Source: a virus | Taxonomy: Duplodnaviria; Caudoviricetes | DNA length: 64,000 bases | IMG/VR virus record: IMGVR_UViG_3300029288_000084 | Location: 32,001-96,000 of that record | Direction: 5' to 3' (one strand) | Shown: positions 58,013 through 64,000 of the stretch, one piece after another | Numbering within the stretch: position 1 is the stretch's first letter | How the letters are laid out: each line of letters begins with the position of its first letter | The notes under the pieces: model-generated | What the model was told of the DNA's origin: nothing | The model's database searches: none | Seen by the model: only the letters and a program-made list of their open reading frames with translations | Made by a program: the position numbers and the translations under genes

Positions 58013-58172
58013 TTTTTAGTTGCTTTAAAGTTTGTATGTATCTTGCTAATAATTTTTCTTTGTCTTTGACTTTTGTTTTCAATTCTTCTATTTCTTTCTC
58101 AATTTTATTGATCGAAGTTTGTATGTATTCAGTATTATCTTCTTCATTCAATAATTCTTCAATTTTATTCAC
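58005..58172 (-). CDS. Putative internal head protein (55 aa)
   Basis: Manual translation from a GTG start: (M)NKIEELLNEEDNTEY...; below the track length cutoff. Confidence 0.5.
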   Translation of the reverse strand: MNKIEELLNEEDNTEYIQTSINKIEKEIEELKTKVKDKEKLLARYIQTLKQLKNG

Positions 58173-58174
58173 TT

Positions 58175-58603
58175 TTATTCTTCTTTCTTAAGAAATTTGT
58201 TTTTCATAGTTTCTAACCACAATTTAATAACAGGTTTTAATAAAGCATATCCACCACATGTTAATCCAGTGAAAAGCATATATTGAACAATTGTCCACAT
58301 TGAAATTTCTACAGTACTTCCATCTGTGATTGGTAATTTGCCACTGTATTTTACAATAAATGAGAAACAATACCAGCCTACTAACCAACTTACAGCTAGT
58401 TTCCAACCATTCATTTCAATGAGTTTTTCAATCCAATCTAACTTGTAGGGATCATGAAAATATTTCTTTTCAATAAAGCATGCTAGAGTTTTTATAATCC
58501 ACTTGATAATATTGGTTGCGATTATCATAGTGAAAATAAAAACTAAAACTGCTATTAGGTCTATTTCTAAACCAAAGAGAAATGATATTTTCATTTTATT
58601 CAT
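58175..58603 (-). CDS. Membrane protein with about 3 TM segments; holin candidate
   Basis: Hydrophobic segments, charged C-terminus, near the endolysin. Confidence 0.5.
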   Translation of the reverse strand: MNKMKISFLFGLEIDLIAVLVFIFTMIIATNIIKWIIKTLACFIEKKYFHDPYKLDWIEKLIEMNGWKLAVSWLVGWYCFSFIVKYSGKLPITDGSTVEISMWTIVQYMLFTGLTCGGYALLKPVIKLWLETMKNKFLKKEE

Positions 58604-58799
58604 CCATATTTATTTTTTTATTTCTTAATTGTTCTAATTGTTTTTGTAATTCTTTTATTTGAGAATGAATTTCTTTTTCTTTCTTTTCAATATATTCATC
58701 TTTTGCTTTTTTTAATGCATCTAATTTTGCATGCACATCTTTCAAAATTTCATCTTTTGAATTTGGATCTTCTTTCAATAATTCTTCAAATTTTTTCAT
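58596..58799 (-). CDS. Putative internal head protein
   Basis: MKKFEELLKE N-terminus. Confidence 0.55.
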   Translation of the reverse strand: MKKFEELLKEDPNSKDEILKDVHAKLDALKKAKDEYIEKKEKEIHSQIKELQKQLEQLRNKKINMDE

Positions 58800-58828
58800 T
58801 TTTTATTCTCCTTTAAAAATATATATAA

Positions 58829-59602
58829 TTACTTTATGCGACCGTAGCCTAATAATTGTGGAACATTTGTTGCATCGTAGTATATTGGAATTTTTGACAT
58901 ATTTAAACAACTATCACAATATCTACTTTGAGAACTCTTTGCTATAAAAATAGTATTACAAATTAAACATTTATTATGATAAATTCTATTTTTAAAAGCA
59001 TTTTTTAATTTATTTTTATTTTCTTCGCTTCTAGTTTTTTCAAACCAAAAATTTTTATTTACTTTGTAATATTCTCTTATTTTTATTTTAAAATTATTAT
59101 TTTGTTCAATAGAGTGTTTTTTACCTTTATTAATTCCCATCATTGTCTCACTCATTTTTTTTCTAAATTCATCTGTTACAGGTTTTCTATTTTTAGCTGC
59201 TTCTCTTAAATGTTGTTTATGTATTTCAGTTTTTGGTTTGCCTTTCCAACTTATACTATGTTCTTTGTAATATTTTTTTAAGGTAGTACTTATTTGAATG
59301 CGAATTTCTTCAGATGGATTACTTACACCATCTTCGCCATCAGTCAAATTATATCCATTTGGCGTTTTACTATTTAATTTTCTAATCCAAGTACTTTCAA
59401 AATTGTTGTATTCTTCTTTCGTACAATGTAATAAAACCCATCTTTTGTGATTTTCTACCCCATATTTCTTTATCGATCTTCCAATCAAAATTCCATGCCC
59501 CCACATATCAGATTGTTGCAATTCTTCATTAGAATTACATTCAATAGTTTTACCTATGTATTTTTTACCATTGATTAGATTTTGAATACAGTAAACTATC
59601 AT
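58829..59602 (-). CDS. GIY-YIG homing endonuclease with NUMOD3-like repeats
   Basis: IVYCIQNLINGKKYIGKT, PNGYNLTDG, GKKHS. Confidence 0.88.
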   Translation of the reverse strand: MIVYCIQNLINGKKYIGKTIECNSNEELQQSDMWGHGILIGRSIKKYGVENHKRWVLLHCTKEEYNNFESTWIRKLNSKTPNGYNLTDGEDGVSNPSEEIRIQISTTLKKYYKEHSISWKGKPKTEIHKQHLREAAKNRKPVTDEFRKKMSETMMGINKGKKHSIEQNNNFKIKIREYYKVNKNFWFEKTRSEENKNKLKNAFKNRIYHNKCLICNTIFIAKSSQSRYCDSCLNMSKIPIYYDATNVPQLLGYGRIK

Positions 59603-59603
59603 T

Positions 59604-60149
59604 TTATTTTATTCTTCCATAACCAAGAAGTTTGGGAACATTTGTTGCATCATATTTATATTTATTTACAACAGATGGAAAAGCACCTTTATTTCCTTCC
59701 AGCGTTTTTAGAATTTTTTTCCAAGAACCGGGTGAAACTTCTGAATCATATCGATCAAGAACAAAACCAACATGACCCATCCAAGAAAATTCGTTATCAC
59801 CTCTCCAGAAAAATACAATATCTCCTGCTTGCGGTTCTTGTTCTTGAATATCTTTCCAAGCCCAACCATTTGCTTTAAAAATATTATGAAGTTTTCTTGC
59901 TGATAGTGTATATTCGAATGGCATCGAAATATTTAAATTCTCGCATGCTTCTTTTATACACCAACAAACAAAAGCTGCGCACCAATTCATAGGTGGTTCA
60001 GCTAAACCATTGAGATATTTCCTAATGTAAGGACCTGAGTTGTTAGTTCCCTCTTCTCCTGCATTAGCATCAAATTCCATGACAGCAAGACTCAGTGCAT
60101 TTTTTAAAATTTCTAATTTTTTGTCAGTTACTTTTAGCATTTCCATCAA
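59604..60149 (-). CDS. CHAP-domain peptidoglycan hydrolase (endolysin candidate)
   Basis: WCAAFVCWC, GDIVFF, GHVGFV, LEGN. Confidence 0.88.
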   Translation of the reverse strand: MMEMLKVTDKKLEILKNALSLAVMEFDANAGEEGTNNSGPYIRKYLNGLAEPPMNWCAAFVCWCIKEACENLNISMPFEYTLSARKLHNIFKANGWAWKDIQEQEPQAGDIVFFWRGDNEFSWMGHVGFVLDRYDSEVSPGSWKKILKTLEGNKGAFPSVVNKYKYDATNVPKLLGYGRIK

Positions 60150-60315
60150 TGTTCTCCCTTAAAATATCAGATAATTCTAGTAATTTGTTATTGTGCATAT
60201 AAACGGTTTCTTTTGTAATTAGAATTGTTTGTCTATCATCATATGGTTGTATTTCTGCAAAATTAATTTGCAATTTTCGCATTTCTCTTGCAACATATTC
60301 TAATACTTCTTTCAT
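60124..60315 (-). CDS. Hypothetical protein
   Basis: Short packed ORF. Confidence 0.45.
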   Translation of the reverse strand: MKEVLEYVAREMRKLQINFAEIQPYDDRQTILITKETVYMHNNKLLELSDILRENIDGNAKSN

Positions 60316-60346
60316 ATAAAATATATATAAGAGTTAAGAAAAATTT

Positions 60347-60931
60347 CTAAAACATTAAATCGTGTTGATATGAGATACCAGCACCTTCTAATATTCTTTC
60401 TATTCTAGCTCTAGATTTTTCATGTAATATTATTCTATTTTTGTTATGTTGATACCAAATATTTGTTTCATAATATTTATCATTCGGAGGGCTAACAAAA
60501 CCTTGTGCTTTTCCTGCGCCAATCCAATCACATATCATTTCTTGTAAATATGGATATGGCATTTCAAGAACTTTTGTTCTTCCATTATCTTCAGGAAGAA
60601 CCCACCATTGCCAATGATGCTTGTTTCTTTTTTGATGAAGCAACCATGCAAAATCAAATTTTTCATCGTTTGTTACTTTAGGTTTACAAAAACCTTCTTT
60701 TTGAATATGTTCTTTACTTTTCTTTCCATAGAAATAATTCATATACGGAAAAAATTCATCAGGGAGAAATTTACTTAAATCGTGGGTTACACCACGCCAA
60801 AATAAACCTTCGTGAAAACATTCTAACATAACATACCATTTATGTTTAACGAGATATCTCAAATATTTAAAGAATTTCATAAAATTTCCTTTTTTGTTTC
60901 TTTTAATGTCTGTTTGATTTTGATTTTCCAT
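60347..60931 (-). CDS. DUF5662-like HD-related protein
   Basis: HK..V, HDLSK, H..RNKHH, EMICDW. Confidence 0.75.
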   Translation of the reverse strand: MENQNQTDIKRNKKGNFMKFFKYLRYLVKHKWYVMLECFHEGLFWRGVTHDLSKFLPDEFFPYMNYFYGKKSKEHIQKEGFCKPKVTNDEKFDFAWLLHQKRNKHHWQWWVLPEDNGRTKVLEMPYPYLQEMICDWIGAGKAQGFVSPPNDKYYETNIWYQHNKNRIILHEKSRARIERILEGAGISYQHDLMF

Positions 60932-61016
60932 CTATTAACAAAACCCATTTTATGTGGTTTACACATTTTACAAGATCTTTTTTTATGTTTATATTTACTA
61001 TCTCTATTTATTCCCA

Positions 61017-61742
61017 TTAGTAATTTACCTTTTTATCTTTCTGTTGTATCCTAGTCAAATTATATTTTTTCATAAAGTCTGCTAATTCTTGTTTGTAATT
61101 GATATTGTCTTTTTTCAAATTGGTATACAAATCTCCTCTGCCCATTGCACGTATATGTTCAACTGAAACAATGTCATATATACCAAGTTTTTTACCCATT
61201 TCTAAAGTTTTTTTAGACCATAAATAATCTAATCCCCATCCTGTTTTTGTATGATTAAAGTAATCAACAAATGAATGTAATGATTGATAACTAAAAAGCG
61301 GGCACATAATTTCTACAAATTTTGTTTCCCGAGCCACATTGTTTGGTTGTGTTGTTGTATGAGGCCATGTATGTGAACATCCACTTTTCAACGACGGTTG
61401 TGCAATGTAAAAATTATTCTTTTTCATCATTTCAAACATCAGATTAATATCAGCAGTTGATGCTTTTATATCATCATCAGGAAGCCAATAGTAATCATAA
61501 CAATTTAAAGTCTCAACATTTAGCAATGAATCATAAATTAGAGGATATTTGTAACCTTTCTTTTCAATATAAATGTCACATTCAGAATAATATTTATCTC
61601 TTACATTTCCATAATAAATCAAACAAAGATCAAAATTTTTAAATTTACTAGCTTCAACCCAAAATTTGTGAATAGAAGAATCGCCTACTGCTGCAATGAC
61701 TAGATTATTGTGGGTCATTTGCTTTGTTATTGATTTTGTCAT
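61017..61742 (-). CDS. DUF707-like glycosyltransferase
   Basis: YDYYWLPDDD, IAQPSL, FVEIMCPLFS, GWGLD. Confidence 0.78.
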   Translation of the reverse strand: MTKSITKQMTHNNLVIAAVGDSSIHKFWVEASKFKNFDLCLIYYGNVRDKYYSECDIYIEKKGYKYPLIYDSLLNVETLNCYDYYWLPDDDIKASTADINLMFEMMKKNNFYIAQPSLKSGCSHTWPHTTTQPNNVARETKFVEIMCPLFSYQSLHSFVDYFNHTKTGWGLDYLWSKKTLEMGKKLGIYDIVSVEHIRAMGRGDLYTNLKKDNINYKQELADFMKKYNLTRIQQKDKKVNY

Positions 61743-62007
61743 TCAACCTAACCCATTCTTCTTTATTTTTATCCCATTCTCCAACAAAACAACTACCATA
61801 TAATTTATATCCATCTTTAATTGCATCTAAAAATAGTTGCCAATCACTTTTCCTTTCTACATTATTTAAAGTAACGATGGGAGGAAATGGTTTTGGGTTA
61901 GGCAAGCTTTCTCGATATTTGATAAGTTCGCGAAGTGCATCATTAAAGTTTCCATTAAAATCATCTGGCAATAAAAAATACATCTGATCTAAACTTAAAA
62001 CTTTCAT
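61705..62007 (-). CDS. Hypothetical protein
   Basis: ORF with GGAGG RBS. Confidence 0.6.
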   Translation of the reverse strand: MKVLSLDQMYFLLPDDFNGNFNDALRELIKYRESLPNPKPFPPIVTLNNVERKSDWQLFLDAIKDGYKLYGSCFVGEWDKNKEEWVRLNDKINNKANDPQ

Positions 62008-62023
62008 ACAAACCTCCTTTGAT

Positions 62024-62539
62024 TTACATACTTCCTGAAACGCCTTTTTGTACTACCATTTCAAAACTATATATATCGATTGAATCAACTTGATAAACAA
62101 AAGTGACATTCTTAATTTTGTTTTGTAAAATATCCTTAACATAGTAAAAATCAAAATTTTCAATTTTATGACTTTGATTATATGGTTGATGTGTTTCTAA
62201 GCAATGTTTTCTATATTTTTGTTCAATAGGACAATATAAAATTAAACGACCATCTAATTTCAATACACGTAACCATTCTCTCAAAACCTTTTCTGTGTCT
62301 ACAAAATCTTCAAGCAAATGACTTGAAAAAACATAGTCCAAACTATTATCTTTGAACCAGTATAAGTTACTTGCATCACCCATTAAATTTTGAGGATGTT
62401 TACCAACATGTGTGTAAGGTTCAGTTAGATCAACGGTTATAGCAGTTGGAATAATTGGATCTCCACCATAACCTAAATCTAAACCATTACCAATACACCA
62501 GCAAGCCAAACGCTTTCTACATTTTTCTGTTTCGCTCAT
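62024..62539 (-). CDS. Class I SAM-dependent methyltransferase
   Basis: GLDLGYG, DYVFSSHLLED, EWLRVLK.DG. Confidence 0.85.
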   Translation of the reverse strand: MSETEKCRKRLACWCIGNGLDLGYGGDPIIPTAITVDLTEPYTHVGKHPQNLMGDASNLYWFKDNSLDYVFSSHLLEDFVDTEKVLREWLRVLKLDGRLILYCPIEQKYRKHCLETHQPYNQSHKIENFDFYYVKDILQNKIKNVTFVYQVDSIDIYSFEMVVQKGVSGSM

Positions 62540-62798
62540 TTGTTTCCCTCTTTAGTGGTTCAATTTCCCAACTATACGAACAGCATTTACAATTACAGTG
62601 AATAGTATCTTTTTTATAAATTGCATAGTCATTGAAAAAAACAACAAACTCATTTGATCTATTTATTACACCATTCAGACTTTTAATACGAGCTATTTCT
62701 TTTTCTGGATTTGGATGTTTCGAATAAAATTGATAATAAACATCTTTTGACCCACACATAGGGCATGGTGTTTTGCAAGGAAGAATTTTTTTGCCCAT
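62517..62798 (-). CDS. Zn-ribbon hypothetical protein
   Basis: CPMCGS...CKCC.Y.W. Confidence 0.55.
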   Translation of the reverse strand: MGKKILPCKTPCPMCGSKDVYYQFYSKHPNPEKEIARIKSLNGVINRSNEFVVFFNDYAIYKKDTIHCNCKCCSYSWEIEPLKRETNERNRKM

Positions 62799-62929
62799 GT
62801 TAAAACCACGGTTTTAATGCCCAAATAATAGCCATAGCAACACATTTTACTGCTATTAGCAACATAAGTGCAAGTATAATTATTGTGATTATAGCAACAA
62901 CAATTTCCTTCATTGTTTCTTTCATTTTA

Positions 62930-63619
62930 TTACTCCCTTTCTAAAATCCAACAAGACCTAGGGCCAGCTTCACAGAATTTGTCTTTATATATTGTTGCCT
63001 TTACTTTTAGTTTGCAGATTTTAAATAATTGTTCAATACTTTCATGAGTCATCCAAAAAGAGTATTCATTGTTTTTAGCACCGCCTGGATCTGACATTCC
63101 ACTTTCAGGATAAAATGTGCCATTAAATGTGGTGTTGAATTCTTCCATTATACCATTAATTTGAGTTTTTGGGTTTGCAGTATGAGTTTCTAGAACTAGA
63201 TATTCTGAAAAATGTTTTGTTAAATCCATTAAATGTTTCATAGGATTATGAACATGATAAAATACGCCTGAGTGAAAAATAATATCCCATTCTTTATCTT
63301 GTGGCAAATTTTCAATATCACCAAGTATAAAATTTATTCTATTCATATTACAACCAAGAGAAAAACATCTAGCAAAACCCATGGCGAGATTTGATGCTCT
63401 ACAATCAATAGAATCTATATTATCTGCATTCATATATGCTAAAGAAACTGTGATATGCCCATCTAAAGTTCCAACATCTAAAACAGATTTGTTGTAAAAA
63501 GAAATAATCTTAGATGCTTCTTCAACACGACAATCCAAATCAGTAATTCGTAAAGGAATGCGCCAATCAAAACGTTGCTCTAATTCAACTATTTGTTCTT
63601 CGGTTAAAATGAATTTCAT
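62930..63619 (-). CDS. Class I SAM-dependent methyltransferase
   Basis: VLDVGTLDG, DIIFHSGVFYH, LVLET. Confidence 0.85.
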   Translation of the reverse strand: MKFILTEEQIVELEQRFDWRIPLRITDLDCRVEEASKIISFYNKSVLDVGTLDGHITVSLAYMNADNIDSIDCRASNLAMGFARCFSLGCNMNRINFILGDIENLPQDKEWDIIFHSGVFYHVHNPMKHLMDLTKHFSEYLVLETHTANPKTQINGIMEEFNTTFNGTFYPESGMSDPGGAKNNEYSFWMTHESIEQLFKICKLKVKATIYKDKFCEAGPRSCWILERE

Positions 63620-64000
63620 TTCATCTCCTGTATTGCTCTATCTACCGCACTTTGTAACATTTGATGTGTTATCATTTCCATACACATATATTTTTTATCA
63701 CGTACACAATCAGCTGGGAAAATTCTAGGTGCTTTTTGCCAATGTTGACAACCTAAACACTTCAACCATTCAACAACTACGGGGAATGTTTTACTACTGA
63801 CGACTCTGTATTTTGGGTCTATCATTCCAAAAGGTACAACAGATGGAATATCAAATGCTTGTGCAATGTGCCAAGGCCCACTATCTAAACCTACAAATAT
63901 TTTTGCATTCTTCATAATAGAAACAAGATCACTGTAAGATGTGTTTTTTACATTGATATCTGAATTTAGCAAATATTTGCTGCCCACTTCTAAGATACTG
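63616..64000 (-). CDS. GT9 (heptosyltransferase-like) glycosyltransferase, C-terminal part; runs off the right edge
   Basis: FVGLDSGPWHIAQAFDIPSVVPFG; frame stays open to the window edge. Confidence 0.85.
   Translation of the reverse strand, partial: SILEVGSKYLLNSDINVKNTSYSDLVSIMKNAKIFVGLDSGPWHIAQAFDIPSVVPFGMIDPKYRVVSSKTFPVVVEWLKCLGCQHWQKAPRIFPADCVRDKKYMCMEMITHQMLQSAVDRAIQEMK

Noticed and set aside
1-64000. CRISPR arrays, tRNA or rRNA genes, alternative genetic code
   Set aside because: No regularly spaced repeats or cloverleafs seen by eye; conserved genes are full length under the standard code and end at TAA, TAG and TGA.

Overview
AT-rich segment of a large T4-like (Tevenvirinae-related) myophage genome. 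Almost all genes are on the minus strand. From left to right it carries: (1) a family B DNA polymerase broken into two genes by a split intein with a free-standing Vsr-like endonuclease between the halves; (2) a complete 7-deazaguanine DNA-modification cluster (dpdA, intein-interrupted queF, queC, HNH-fused folE, queE, queD) with two unexplained enzymes embedded in it; (3) replication, recombination and accessory genes (RuvC-like, thyX, macrodomain, gp46/gp47, gp55 late sigma, rtcB, AEP-primase-like, uvsW, uvsY); (4) the T4-like head, neck and tail module, including a terminase large subunit fractured by an atypical split intein and a probable -1 frameshift in the gp26-like tail chaperone; (5) a CHAP endolysin and a glycosyl-/methyltransferase cluster. 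The only clear plus-strand unit (about 50.8-52.4 kb) starts at a phage-specific promoter and contains a roughly 580-nt GC-rich, densely base-paired, pseudoknotted putative ncRNA, followed by a Cys-rich protein, a coiled-coil protein and an Sm/LSm-like protein gene. This unit is the strongest candidate for an undescribed system. Two promoter classes can be read directly: TACTAAAT-N17-TATAAT (10 copies found) and the T4 late box TATAAATA. All calls come from manual motif recognition; no database search or folding program was run.
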